A stretch of 64,000 nt of DNA from a bacterium (GTDB lineage Bacteria; RBG-13-61-14; DATKZS01). The translations under genes were made by a program, and so were the position numbers. Positions 48,500 through 58,421 of the stretch are shown here, piece after piece; within the stretch, counting starts at the first letter, position 1; every line of letters starts with the position of its first letter. The notes beneath the pieces were generated by a model that had not been told where the DNA came from, did no database searches, and was given only the letters and a program-made list of their open reading frames with translations. The stretch covers positions 1,472,001 through 1,536,000 of the forward strand of contig CAXXFL010000001.1 of NCBI GenBank assembly GCA_963674965.2, written 5' to 3'.

Positions 48500-49693
48500 T
48501 CATTCAGTCTTTTGTCCGCAGTTGGGGCAGAACTTGGCGCCGGGCTCCAATTCGGCCTGGCAGTTTTTGCACTTGGGTTTTTCAAGGAGGTTGAACCCGC
48601 AGTTTCCGCAGAACTTGTTGGTCGAGAGGACGGCGGCCCCGCAGTTGGGGCATTTGAGTTCCTCGGCCATTTTCTCTCCGCAGCTCGGGCAGAACTTGGA
48701 CCCCGCGGGGACGGACCCCTGGCACTTGGGGCACGCGATGGCGGCGACCGCGCCGGCGGCGGCCCCGGACGCTCCCGCGGCGGCCGTTCCCGCGCCCTGG
48801 GTTTGTCCCTGGGCCTGTCCCGGGTTCATCATTCCGCCCATGGCCTGGGCCATCATGCCGGGCATCATCATGCCCATGCCCGCGCCCACGCCTATTCCCA
48901 TGCCCGCGGCGGCGGCCCCGCCTCCGCCTTCTCCCCTGGCCGCGTCCCTCATGCTCTTGGCGGCCTGGAACTGCATGAACTTGTTCATGTCGCCCACGGC
49001 GGCCATGCTCGAGCGCTCGTCGATCATCTTCTGCACTTCCTCGGGAGGGGTGATGGCCTGGATGAAGAAGTCGCGCAGCTCGAGGCCGTACTGGGTGAAG
49101 TCGGGCTCGAGCCTGTCGGTCTTGAGATGGAAGGCCAACTCGTCGTAGCTCTGGGGCAGGTCGAAGACGCTCTCGACCCTCTCGCCCAGCACGTCGTTGA
49201 ACCTGGCCACGATCACGTCCTTTAGATAACGCTGGACGTCGTCGGTCTCGTACCTGCCCATGCCGCCTACCAGGTTGTTTATGACCAGGAGGGGTTCCTT
49301 GACCTGCATGGTGAAGTTGCCGAAGGCCCGGAGCCTGACGATGCCAAGTTCCTTGTCGCGGAAAGCCACGGGCTCCTTGGTCCCCCACTTGAGGTTGGTG
49401 AAGACCTTCATGTTCACGAACATGACCTCGGTGCGGAAGGGAGAATTGGGACCGAAGCCGGCTATTTTCTTCAGGAGTCCGGTTAAAATCGGAAGGTTCT
49501 GGGTGCTCAGGGTATGGCGGCCGGGCCCCAGGACGTCCATGCCCTTGCCGTCGCGGAAGAACACGGCCATCTGGTTCTCGCGCACGATGAGCTGGCTGCC
49601 GTACTTGGTTTCCGCCGATCCCTGCTCGGGCACGCGATGTACCAGCTCCTCGCCGGTGGGGTCCACGTATTCGATTATATCAAGCATTGCCAT
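48500..49693 (-). CDS. SPFH/band-7 protein (YdjI-like) with Gly/Met linker and three C-terminal zinc ribbons
   Basis: GSQLIVRENQ.AVF, PGRHTL.T.NLP, SPF..EV, KWGT..P, VRLRAFG; CPKC/FCPSC, CPNC/FCGNC, CKNC/FCPNC. Confidence 0.88.
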   Translation of the reverse strand: MAMLDIIEYVDPTGEELVHRVPEQGSAETKYGSQLIVRENQMAVFFRDGKGMDVLGPGRHTLSTQNLPILTGLLKKIAGFGPNSPFRTEVMFVNMKVFTNLKWGTKEPVAFRDKELGIVRLRAFGNFTMQVKEPLLVINNLVGGMGRYETDDVQRYLKDVIVARFNDVLGERVESVFDLPQSYDELAFHLKTDRLEPDFTQYGLELRDFFIQAITPPEEVQKMIDERSSMAAVGDMNKFMQFQAAKSMRDAARGEGGGGAAAAGMGIGVGAGMGMMMPGMMAQAMGGMMNPGQAQGQTQGAGTAAAGASGAAAGAVAAIACPKCQGSVPAGSKFCPSCGEKMAEELKCPNCGAAVLSTNKFCGNCGFNLLEKPKCKNCQAELEPGAKFCPNCGQKTE

Positions 49694-49721
49694 GTCGTAG
49701 CCTCCTTGTCATTGGTAAGGG

Positions 49722-50246
49722 TCAAACCGCCTTGGGCAGGACCGTGGAGGAATATTGCTCGCGCTGGCCCAGCTTCTCGTCGAACTCGGCAAGGGCGTCC
49801 TCGAAGTCCATCAGGGCCTCCTTGACGCTTATGGAGGGGTCGCTGATGGACTCCTCCGCCAGGCGCTGAAGCTTCTCGACGTCGTCGAAGAGTTTCTCGT
49901 CGAAGTCAAGGAGGGCCATCAGGTCGCGCTCGGTCACCTCCTGGGGATCGAAAAGTCCCTGGTACCCTCTCGAGTCGTACTTGATGGTGTCGCGGACCTT
50001 GCGAACGCGCTTGCAGACGCGGTCGAGCCGGTCGAGTCCCTGGAGGGCGGCCATGCCCTTTGCCTGGCTTCTGGCGTCCGAGGCCTTGGCCACGGTCTTG
50101 GCCAGCTTGTCTACCCTCTTTACCAGCTCGTCCCGAATCTCCTTGTCCGCGTCGCGCAGGTTTTCCCTGGCGAGGTAGGTCTTAAGGCCGGGGACCTTGT
50201 TCTGGGCCCAGCTTTCGAGCCTCTTTGGCAGGCTTGCATAAGTCAT
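49722..50246 (-). CDS. Hypothetical alpha-helical protein, first gene of the SPFH operon
   Basis: 174-aa ORF with AAGGAGG RBS; KVPG...Y..RE..R.ADK.IR, GY.GLFD, L..LL.FD; coiled-coil-like composition. Confidence 0.72.
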   Translation of the reverse strand: MTYASLPKRLESWAQNKVPGLKTYLARENLRDADKEIRDELVKRVDKLAKTVAKASDARSQAKGMAALQGLDRLDRVCKRVRKVRDTIKYDSRGYQGLFDPQEVTERDLMALLDFDEKLFDDVEKLQRLAEESISDPSISVKEALMDFEDALAEFDEKLGQREQYSSTVLPKAV

Positions 50247-50314
50247 GTAACGCCCTCCTTGCTATGATCGGTTTAGTCCCGTTGTCTCGCGGGCCTGAGT
50301 CTTCATGGCGGCCG

Positions 50315-50968
50315 TCATTTTTCCTTGAAACCGGGTTTGACGTACTCGCCGCCGGACTGAATATATTTATAGGCCGCCTCCATGTTGACGGGCAGGTTGT
50401 CGCGCGTGAGTTTTTTCATGACGAACTCGGGTATGATCGAGGTCACCTCGACCCTGGTGCCGTACCTGGCCAGGGTGCGCTTGTCGTCAAGCTTGAAAAG
50501 TTGCCAGTATCCGTCCACCTGTTTCATGTCGTTGTCGAAATCGGGGTCCAGATGCCACCACAGCTTGTAGTTTTCCTCGTCGTAGTGATGCATGATCCGG
50601 TAGTCGATATTCAGGATCAACTTGACGTGGAAGTCCACCTTGTCGCCTTTGTCGTCTCTCTGGACAAGCTCGCAACTATCCAGGTCCGGCAGGTATCGAT
50701 GCTGTTTCTCCGTGGCCTTGAAAAGTTTCCAGGTCTTCTCGAGCGGCTGATCGAATATCATGGCCGCCCGGATGAAGCGCTTCTGGTCCGCCCCCTCGCT
50801 TTTGTCCTCGTCCAGGATGACTATCTCGCCGGCCTTGACCTTTTTAACCTGGTCCTCGGTAAGGCCCTCCCAGGCCTGGGGAGAGTCCGCCGAAGGCGGG
50901 TCCGCCCAGGCGCAAAGACCAACGGCCAGGACCAACGCGACAAATCCGAACCTTATAAGTTTAATCAT
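50315..50968 (-). CDS. Exported START/SRPBCC (polyketide cyclase-like) protein
   Basis: Signal peptide; IF.QP.E..W......YLP, G.WQL..LD...TL..Y pattern; AAGGAGG RBS. Confidence 0.7.
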   Translation of the reverse strand: MIKLIRFGFVALVLAVGLCAWADPPSADSPQAWEGLTEDQVKKVKAGEIVILDEDKSEGADQKRFIRAAMIFDQPLEKTWKLFKATEKQHRYLPDLDSCELVQRDDKGDKVDFHVKLILNIDYRIMHHYDEENYKLWWHLDPDFDNDMKQVDGYWQLFKLDDKRTLARYGTRVEVTSIIPEFVMKKLTRDNLPVNMEAAYKYIQSGGEYVKPGFKEK

Positions 50969-51266
50969 GCCCCGATCAATGCCTCCTTGTTTCGATCATC
51001 ACGAACAATAATAACTTACGGATCGGGACCGGGCAAGGACTTCGAGCTTGGAAGCGCGATTTTTTCCCCTCTCCCGTCTCACCTCCCGTCTCGGATTGCC
51101 AGTTCCGGGTCGGCGGTGTAAAATCGATCTTGATAATTCCGCCACGCCTTCCGCGGTAAAAGTCCCGAAACCAATCCAATCAAAAGGGGCGTTTATCTTT
51201 TCGCGTGACGATATTTTCAGGCGTCAGCGCGCGCGCTCCGGATCGATTTTTCCTGGAGGGCGAGCC

Positions 51267-51295
51267 TTGACACGGCCGTTATTAGGGCCTATATT
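51267..51295 (+). promoter_or_regulatory. sigma70 promoter of the activase-plsB operon
   Basis: TTGACA-17 bp-TATATT, about 150 bp upstream of the ATG. Confidence 0.6.
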
Positions 51296-51443
51296 CGTAA
51301 AAACTAGACTGGGGTGTCATTTTTTGAGGAACGGGTTTTCGCGCGTCATCATCCGCGGGGCTGGGGTCATCGAGTCTTTCCCGCCCATCGATATTTTTCG
51401 GCGCCCTCCTCTCCCCGGATAAATTGGTTTAAGGAGGCGGCAA

Positions 51444-54400
51444 ATGACTGTAAAAAACGGGCGGTCCCTCGGCATAGACGCGGGCAGCCTTTACGTAAAG
51501 GTGGCGGCGCTGGACGCTTCCGGCGCTCTTTTGGACTCGGCTTACGCGGCCCACAAGGGGCGTCCCATCAAGGCGCTTAAGGAAATCCTTCCCGGGTTCC
51601 TTGACGGCGTCGCTTTCAAGGTAGGCCTGACGGGGGCCCTTATCGATCCCATTTGCCGCCAGTTGGGCCTGGACTCTATCGACCTGGTCCGGGCCGAGGT
51701 GGCGGCGGTCAAGGCCAACGTCCCGGAGGTAAGGAATATTATCGACGTGGGCGGCGGCAGCGTGACGCTTATCCGTCTCAACGAGAAGGGCGAGTTCGAG
51801 AGCATGGAGCGCAACTCCCTTTGCGCCGCGGGCACGGGCTCCTTTCTGGACGAGCAGGCGGCGCGCCTTGGCGTCAGCTACGAGGAGATCGAGTCCTTCG
51901 GCGCGGTGGACGAGCCGCCCAGCATCGCCACCAGGTGCGCGGTCTTCGCCAAGTCGGACCTCATCCACCACCAGCAGGCGGGCCGGAGCAAGGTCGAGTG
52001 CTGGTCCGGTCTTTGCCGGGGCATGGTAAGCACTTTCCTCGGCACCCTGCTCAAGGGCCGTCCCCTAAAGGGCCTGACGGTCATGGTGGGCGGCGTGGCC
52101 CAGAACCCTGAGATCATGAGGTGGCTCAAAGATATTTACGGCGACCGGATCACGACCTTTCCCGAGGCCCGGATGGCGGGGGCCATCGGCGCCGCCATGA
52201 TGGCCGCGGATGAATTGTCGCCCGAGAAGCTGGCGGCCCTGGTACCGGGCGAGGGCAGGGGAGAGAGCCGGGCCCTGGCCACTCGTCCTCCCCTCGAGCT
52301 CAAGAAGTCCAGGTACCCCTCCTGGGAGGTCGAGGAAAGCTACACCGACTCCCTGGCCAACGAGGTCCGCGTGACCAGACTGCCGGCCGGGCCGGCGGTC
52401 GAGTGCTACATGGGCATCGACGTGGGCAGCACCAGCACCAAGCTTTTAGTCTCCGATCTCGAGGGCGACGTTCTGTGCGACGTTTATCGCAAGACGGGCG
52501 GAGACCCCATCGGGGCCACGCGGGACCTTTTCATCGCGCTCATGGACCTGGAGAAGAAGCGCGGGCTCAAGTTCGAGGTCAAGGGCTGCGTGACCACTGG
52601 CTCGGGCCGCAAGATGGTGGGTCTCGTGATCGGGGCCGACGACGTGATCAACGAGATATCCTGTCACGTGAAGGGCGCCATGCACGTGGACCCGGAGATC
52701 GACACCATATTCGAGATAGGGGGCCAGGACTCGAAGTACATGCGCACGCAAAAGGGCAAGATCAAGGACGCGGCCATGAACTACGTTTGCGCGGCGGGCA
52801 CGGGCTCTTTCGTGGAGGAGGTCGGGCGCAAGCTTGGCTACGAGGTCCACAAGATCGGGGAAGCCGTGATGGGCATAGCCCCGCCCCACACCTCGGACCG
52901 ATGCACGGTCTTCATGGACCAGGACGTGAGGCGTCTTCTCCGGGCCGGTTACACCAAGGACGAGGCCCTGGCGGCGGTGCTTTACTCGGTGGTCCAGAAC
53001 TATTTGAACAAGGTCGTGGCCAGGCGCTATTACTCGAGGGAAAAGATTTTCTTCCAGGGCGCCACGGCCCGCAACCCCGGACTGGTGGCCGCCTTCGAGA
53101 ACCTCCTTGGCGTCGAGATGGTGGTCTCGCCCTACGCCCACGTCATGGGCTCGTGGGGAGCGGCCCTTCTCGCCAAGGACATGATGGAGAAGGCCGGCAA
53201 GTCCTCCACCTTCAGGGGACTTAACCTGGCCGACAGAAAGATCGAGCTTTACGCCGAGCGCTGCGACCAGTGCGTGAACAACTGCGAAATAACCTTCGCC
53301 AGGATCGAGGGCGTCGAGGAGACCCCCTCCTGGGGATACATGTGCGGCCGCGAGCCGGGCGAGAAGAAGAAGAACGTGAGGGAGTTCCGGCTTTTCGCCG
53401 AGCGGGAGAAGATGCTCCGGGACATTGGGAAGGTCAAAGCCAAGGAGGGCGCGCCCACGGTGGTTATACCTCGGGCCCTCTCGATGTTCACCTATCTTCC
53501 CACCTGGCGGCGTTTCCTGGGCGAGCTGGGACTCAAGGTGGTCGTCTCGCCCGTGACCAACGCCCTGATCAAGAAGCTGGGCACGGAGATTTCGGGCGGC
53601 GACTTCTGCTTTCCCGTAAAGGCGGCCCTGGGCCACGGTCGCTGGGCCTTCCAGGAGGTGGAGGCCGACTGGGTGTTCATTCCCCACACCATCAGCAACG
53701 AGCCTAACGAGCACACCAGCAACTCGCTGTTCTGCCCCTACGTTCAGTCTTATCCTTCCCTGGTCAAGACGGCCCTCGAGCTTCACGGCGTGGACGCGAG
53801 CAAGCTCCTGGCCCCGGTGATGGACCTGCGCTGGAAGGACAAGAAGACGGTCTCCGAGCTTTACGAGAACGTGGGCAAGAGATTGGGCAAGACCCAAAAG
53901 GAGGTCAAGAAGGCCTGGGAGGCCGCCCTCGAGAGCCAGCGCGAGTACGACCGGCGCTGCCGGGAGGAGGGGAAAAAGGCCCTGGCCGAGATCGAGAAGG
54001 AGGATAAGCCCGCGGTCTTGATCCTGGGCCGTCCCTACAACACCTGCGACGTGGGAATCAACCTGGGCCTGGCCCGCAAGATAGCCGAGCGGGGCCACAC
54101 GGTCATCCCTCTGGACTTCGTGCCCTTCGATCCCTCCGAGCTGGGCCAGGAGTTCTCGAACATCTACTGGAACTACCCGCAGCGAATCATCCACGCGACC
54201 AAGACGCTTCGCGGCAACAAGCGGATTTACCCGGTGTACTTCACCAACTTCAACTGCGGTCCCGACAGCTTCATCGAGACCTACGCCGAGCGCATCTCGG
54301 GCGACAAGCCCCTGCTGGTGCTGGGCCTGGACGAGCACGACGCCGACGCGGGCTACATCACCAGGATCGAGGCCTTCCTCGACGTGGTGGAGAACACGAC

Positions 54401-55691
54401 CGGTTACGACGATTTTCCCGGCGTTTACTTCCCCAAGGACTCGGACGAGGAATTCAAAAAGCGCGTCATCTGGATACCCCGCATGCACCATGTGGGGGCC
54501 GAGTTCGGCGCGGCCGCCTTCCGGGCCATGGGCTACGACGCCCGGGTACTGCCCCTCGAGACGGACGAGAGCTTCGAGGTGGGAAGGGGACTTACCTCGG
54601 GCAACGAGTGTCTGCCCACGGTGGTGACCATCGGCGCCATGGTGGCCAAGCTAAGGGAGATGGACGCCAAACCCGGCGAACACGCCTTTTTCATGGCCAC
54701 GGCCGACGGCCCCTGCCGTTTCGGCCAGTACGCTCTAAAGCATCGGATGATCCTTAACGACCTGGGCTACAAGGACGTGCCCATCATGTCTCCCTCGGCC
54801 CTCAATTCCTACCAGGGGCTTCCCGAGGCCCTGCGCCGGCAGGTGTGGCATCTTTTCGTGGCCTCTGATATATTGATGAAGCTAAGGTGCAAGGTGGCCC
54901 CTTACGAGGTTAACGCGGGCGAGACGGCCCGGGTCCTCGAGGAGGAGGTCGTCCGTCTGGCGGGGGTAATCGAGAAGAATGGCAATTTCGACGACGAGTG
55001 GGTAAAGTCTCTTAAGAGGATAAACTTGATCGAGCAAACCGGCGGGCCGCGAAAGCCGCTGGTGGGGATAGTCGGCGAGATTTACGTCCGGTGCAACTCC
55101 TTTACCAACGACAGGGTCATCGAGTCGATCGAGAGCTATGGGGGCGAGGCCTGGCTCACGCCCTTGTCGGAGTGGTTCATTTACACCGCTCATATGCAGA
55201 ACTGGAGGGCCAAGGAAGACCTTCGAGGCATCGTTTTCCGCGGCCAGAGCCTGATCAAGAACCGCTTCATCCTGGGGGTGGAGCATGGGCTTTACAAGAA
55301 GGCGGCGGCCTTCGTTGACGACCGTAAAGAGCCGCCCATTGAGGAGGTCCTGGAGGCCGGCAAGAAATACCTTCCCCTCAACTTCGAGGGCGAGGCGATC
55401 CTGACGGTGGGAAGGACGGTCAAGTTCATAGAAGACGGCGCGAAGATGGTAGTGAACTGCGCTCCCTTCGGATGTATGCCGGGAACCATTTCCGGCGCGC
55501 TGTTCCAGGAGATACAGAACAGAACGGGAGTTCCCGTTGTCAGTATGTTTTATGACGGTGAAGGCGACCTCAACAGCCTGCTCGGAATATACCTGGCACA
55601 GCTTGGCGACAGGGGAGACGAGGGTATAAGAGGGGGAACCCAACATGGCGGGTTCAAAGAAAAAGTCAAAGAGGGGGAAGCTCTTAGGTAA
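51444..55691 (+). CDS. Four-domain CoA-activase/reductase (2 BcrAD/BadFG ATPase + 2 DUF2229/dehydratase-like domains); PlsA/Ger-like
   Basis: GIDAGS/IDVGG/CAAGTGSF/RCAVFAKSD and GIDVGSTSTK/EIGGQDSK/CAAGTGSF/RCTVF; CDQCVNNC; CFPVK, CPY, GRPY, FNCGPD, DEH..AG..TR.EAF; ECLP, GPCRFGQY, VGEIY, PFGCMP. Confidence 0.88.
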   Translation: MTVKNGRSLGIDAGSLYVKVAALDASGALLDSAYAAHKGRPIKALKEILPGFLDGVAFKVGLTGALIDPICRQLGLDSIDLVRAEVAAVKANVPEVRNIIDVGGGSVTLIRLNEKGEFESMERNSLCAAGTGSFLDEQAARLGVSYEEIESFGAVDEPPSIATRCAVFAKSDLIHHQQAGRSKVECWSGLCRGMVSTFLGTLLKGRPLKGLTVMVGGVAQNPEIMRWLKDIYGDRITTFPEARMAGAIGAAMMAADELSPEKLAALVPGEGRGESRALATRPPLELKKSRYPSWEVEESYTDSLANEVRVTRLPAGPAVECYMGIDVGSTSTKLLVSDLEGDVLCDVYRKTGGDPIGATRDLFIALMDLEKKRGLKFEVKGCVTTGSGRKMVGLVIGADDVINEISCHVKGAMHVDPEIDTIFEIGGQDSKYMRTQKGKIKDAAMNYVCAAGTGSFVEEVGRKLGYEVHKIGEAVMGIAPPHTSDRCTVFMDQDVRRLLRAGYTKDEALAAVLYSVVQNYLNKVVARRYYSREKIFFQGATARNPGLVAAFENLLGVEMVVSPYAHVMGSWGAALLAKDMMEKAGKSSTFRGLNLADRKIELYAERCDQCVNNCEITFARIEGVEETPSWGYMCGREPGEKKKNVREFRLFAEREKMLRDIGKVKAKEGAPTVVIPRALSMFTYLPTWRRFLGELGLKVVVSPVTNALIKKLGTEISGGDFCFPVKAALGHGRWAFQEVEADWVFIPHTISNEPNEHTSNSLFCPYVQSYPSLVKTALELHGVDASKLLAPVMDLRWKDKKTVSELYENVGKRLGKTQKEVKKAWEAALESQREYDRRCREEGKKALAEIEKEDKPAVLILGRPYNTCDVGINLGLARKIAERGHTVIPLDFVPFDPSELGQEFSNIYWNYPQRIIHATKTLRGNKRIYPVYFTNFNCGPDSFIETYAERISGDKPLLVLGLDEHDADAGYITRIEAFLDVVENTTGYDDFPGVYFPKDSDEEFKKRVIWIPRMHHVGAEFGAAAFRAMGYDARVLPLETDESFEVGRGLTSGNECLPTVVTIGAMVAKLREMDAKPGEHAFFMATADGPCRFGQYALKHRMILNDLGYKDVPIMSPSALNSYQGLPEALRRQVWHLFVASDILMKLRCKVAPYEVNAGETARVLEEEVVRLAGVIEKNGNFDDEWVKSLKRINLIEQTGGPRKPLVGIVGEIYVRCNSFTNDRVIESIESYGGEAWLTPLSEWFIYTAHMQNWRAKEDLRGIVFRGQSLIKNRFILGVEHGLYKKAAAFVDDRKEPPIEEVLEAGKKYLPLNFEGEAILTVGRTVKFIEDGAKMVVNCAPFGCMPGTISGALFQEIQNRTGVPVVSMFYDGEGDLNSLLGIYLAQLGDRGDEGIRGGTQHGGFKEKVKEGEALR

Positions 55692-58341
55692 CTTCCTTAT
55701 TAATAAAATACTGGGAGGCTCGCTCGATCATTACGGAAACGAGATCTCCGACGTTCACGGAATCGTATCCGGCGGGCTTTTCAAGAAGTTTTTCGACAAG
55801 ATAGCCATCGAGCCGGAAAAGGTCGAGAAGCTAAGATACTTCGCGGAGCGGGGAAGGCTCATCTACGCCCTTCCCCGCCGGAGTCCTCTGGACTTCTTTT
55901 TCCTTAACATACGACTGCGTTTTTCGGGCGTTCCCGTTCCCGAGATAGCCTATAACACGCCGGTATATCGGTTCCAGCCTCTCCGCAAAGTATTCAAGGT
56001 CGGCCTGTCCCGTTTCCTTCAGCTTATTAACTTCGGCCGGTTCTCCGATCCTTATTTAAACAAGTATTACCTGAAGAGATATCGCGACGGCGCCGGGTTC
56101 GTGCTCAATCTCGAGGACCCCGCGAGCTTCACCGCTCGCCTAATAAATCCGACGCGCGATCCCATCTATCATCTTGTCAAGCTTTATAGAAAGCACGGTG
56201 AGACGGTTATAATAGTTCCCATTTTCCCCGTTTTCGGCAAGAGCCCGACCCGAGCGAAAAGAAGACTCTGGGATATATTTATCGGGCCCAAGGACCGGCC
56301 CGGAAGGCTGCGGAAGATAGTCCATTATATTCATTATTACAACGAGGCCTTCATCGAGGTGGGCGATCCGGTCACCATCGACCGCTTCCTGGCCCGCAAG
56401 GACCAGGAGGGCCTGACCGACGAGCGGATTGCCTTTAATATCAGAAAGGAATTATGGGACCACTCCCAGCGGGAGCAGAAGGTTATTAGGGGACCGGAAT
56501 TAAGGCCCCGCACGCAAATAATGGAGTCAGTGCTTCGGGACCCGGAAATCCTGCGAGTCATGCGGCAGGAGGCCAAAAAGCGCGACAAGCCCTTTCGTTC
56601 CATCCGCAAGGAGGCGGCCAAGTACATGGACGAGATCGCCGCCAATTACTCCCATACCACCATCGAGTTCCTCGACTGGGCCCTGGCCTGGGTGTGGAAC
56701 AATTTATTCGACGGGGTCCATGTCGACGAAAAAGGACTGGCCCGCTTAAAGGAAGCCGCCAAGCGTTACCCGGTGATATACGTGCCCAGCCACAAGAGTC
56801 ACCTGGATTACCTGATTTTATCCTGGGTCCTTTATCACGCGAACATGGTCCCGCCTCACATCGTGGCGGGAGTCAACCTGGACACGTGGCCCATTGGGTT
56901 TATTTTCCGCACGGCGGGCGCTTTCTTTATACGCAGGTCCTTCCGGGACAACGCCCTTTACGGCGCGGTGTTCACCAAGTACGTCGAGGTACTGATAAAG
57001 GGCGGCTATAACATCGAGTTTTTCATCGAGGGGGGCAGGAGCAGGACGGGTCGACTTCTCATCCCGACCATGGGCATGGTCAAGTATATCATCAAGGCCT
57101 ACGAGCACGAGGCGGCCAAGGATATAATGTTCGTGCCCCTTTATATCGGCTACGACCAGATATTCGAGGAAGGAGAATATCTTGAGGAAATCAGGGGAGT
57201 TAAGAACCCTAAAAGCAATCTGTTCGAGATGATCCGTAACGCCAACCTGATTACGAAGCGCTACGGCCGGATTCACATCCGCTTTGCCGAGCCCATCAGC
57301 CTCCGATATCACCTCGAGTGCATGAGCGACCGGCTGGAGGGCAAGCTCGAGGAGAACGAGGGCCTGGTCATTACCGAGCTGGCCGAGGACATTATCCAGG
57401 GAATTAACAGGAACCAGGTGGTCACGCCCTTCTCTCTCATGGCGGCCGCCCTTTTAGCCTCGCCGGCCAAGGCCATCAGCCGGGAGGAACTGCTTAACGC
57501 TCTTGCCCTTTATTTCCAGTACCTGGCCGACGCGGACGCGAAGTTCGCCGTCACGCTCGAGAATTTCACCAAGGCCATGGACGACGTCATCGGCTATTAT
57601 CGGGAAAGGAAACTCATCGAGATCGAGGGAGAAGACGAGGCCGACGATTCCTTCGAGCCCATCTACACGCTGCCGGAGGAAAAACGGTTATCCCTTAACA
57701 TGTACTCGAACATGATCCTGCACCATTTCCTGCCCATGTGTTTCGTGACCATGAGCCTTCTTTCCGCCGATTACGGAACATGCGACGAGCAGAAGCTAAA
57801 GTGGGACTATGGCTTTTTAAAAGACCTGTTCAGCTTCGAGTTCGTTCAAGACGAGCGTTTCACGGACAAGGAAAAGATCGAGCGTTGCGTCAGGTTCCTC
57901 CAGAACGGAAGGCTTCTCGAGGCTTTCACCGAGGACGGCCACGGCCACTACAGAGTTACTTCCAAGGGCAGGGAGGAGATGGTGTATTTCGCGTCCATGC
58001 TCACCAACTTCCTCGAGGCATATGGAGTTGTGCTTAACGCGTCGGATATATTGGAGAAAAAGGCCATGACCGAGAAGGAGTTCCTGGCCAAGCTGAGAAG
58101 GACCGGAAACAGGCTTTACAAGCAGGGACAAGTGCTTCGGCGTGAGGCCATATCCCAGCTTCTTTTCAAGAACGCGATTAAGTTCTCCATTAATAATGGA
58201 ATTTTAACCAAAGTCCCCAACGACGGAAAGCCGGAGCTATTGACCAAGGGCGGAAAAGAATCCGATGACGCCAAGAACCAGTTGTTAACGCACATCTCGA
58301 AGTTTATTCGGGTCGAGAAATATCATTACCTGGAGAAATGA
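55645..58341 (+). CDS. plsB: Glycerol-3-phosphate O-acyltransferase
   Basis: HKSHLD (Hx4D), AG.NL, GAFFIRR.F, FFIEGGRSRTG, Y..E..G; about 900 aa with a degenerate N-terminal acyltransferase-like domain. Confidence 0.9.
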   Translation: MAGSKKKSKRGKLLGNFLINKILGGSLDHYGNEISDVHGIVSGGLFKKFFDKIAIEPEKVEKLRYFAERGRLIYALPRRSPLDFFFLNIRLRFSGVPVPEIAYNTPVYRFQPLRKVFKVGLSRFLQLINFGRFSDPYLNKYYLKRYRDGAGFVLNLEDPASFTARLINPTRDPIYHLVKLYRKHGETVIIVPIFPVFGKSPTRAKRRLWDIFIGPKDRPGRLRKIVHYIHYYNEAFIEVGDPVTIDRFLARKDQEGLTDERIAFNIRKELWDHSQREQKVIRGPELRPRTQIMESVLRDPEILRVMRQEAKKRDKPFRSIRKEAAKYMDEIAANYSHTTIEFLDWALAWVWNNLFDGVHVDEKGLARLKEAAKRYPVIYVPSHKSHLDYLILSWVLYHANMVPPHIVAGVNLDTWPIGFIFRTAGAFFIRRSFRDNALYGAVFTKYVEVLIKGGYNIEFFIEGGRSRTGRLLIPTMGMVKYIIKAYEHEAAKDIMFVPLYIGYDQIFEEGEYLEEIRGVKNPKSNLFEMIRNANLITKRYGRIHIRFAEPISLRYHLECMSDRLEGKLEENEGLVITELAEDIIQGINRNQVVTPFSLMAAALLASPAKAISREELLNALALYFQYLADADAKFAVTLENFTKAMDDVIGYYRERKLIEIEGEDEADDSFEPIYTLPEEKRLSLNMYSNMILHHFLPMCFVTMSLLSADYGTCDEQKLKWDYGFLKDLFSFEFVQDERFTDKEKIERCVRFLQNGRLLEAFTEDGHGHYRVTSKGREEMVYFASMLTNFLEAYGVVLNASDILEKKAMTEKEFLAKLRRTGNRLYKQGQVLRREAISQLLFKNAIKFSINNGILTKVPNDGKPELLTKGGKESDDAKNQLLTHISKFIRVEKYHYLEK

Positions 58342-58421
58342 CGGCGAGGATTCGGCTTTTTGGTCTTCGGTAACCCTTTTCATGGTTTTGTATCTCTTAT
58401 AAAGCGAAAGGGGTTGAGATA

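Noticed and set aside
48730-48960. Low-complexity GC-rich repeats as a DNA-level element
   Set aside because: Explained by the Gly/Ala/Met linker typical of YdjI-like SPFH proteins.
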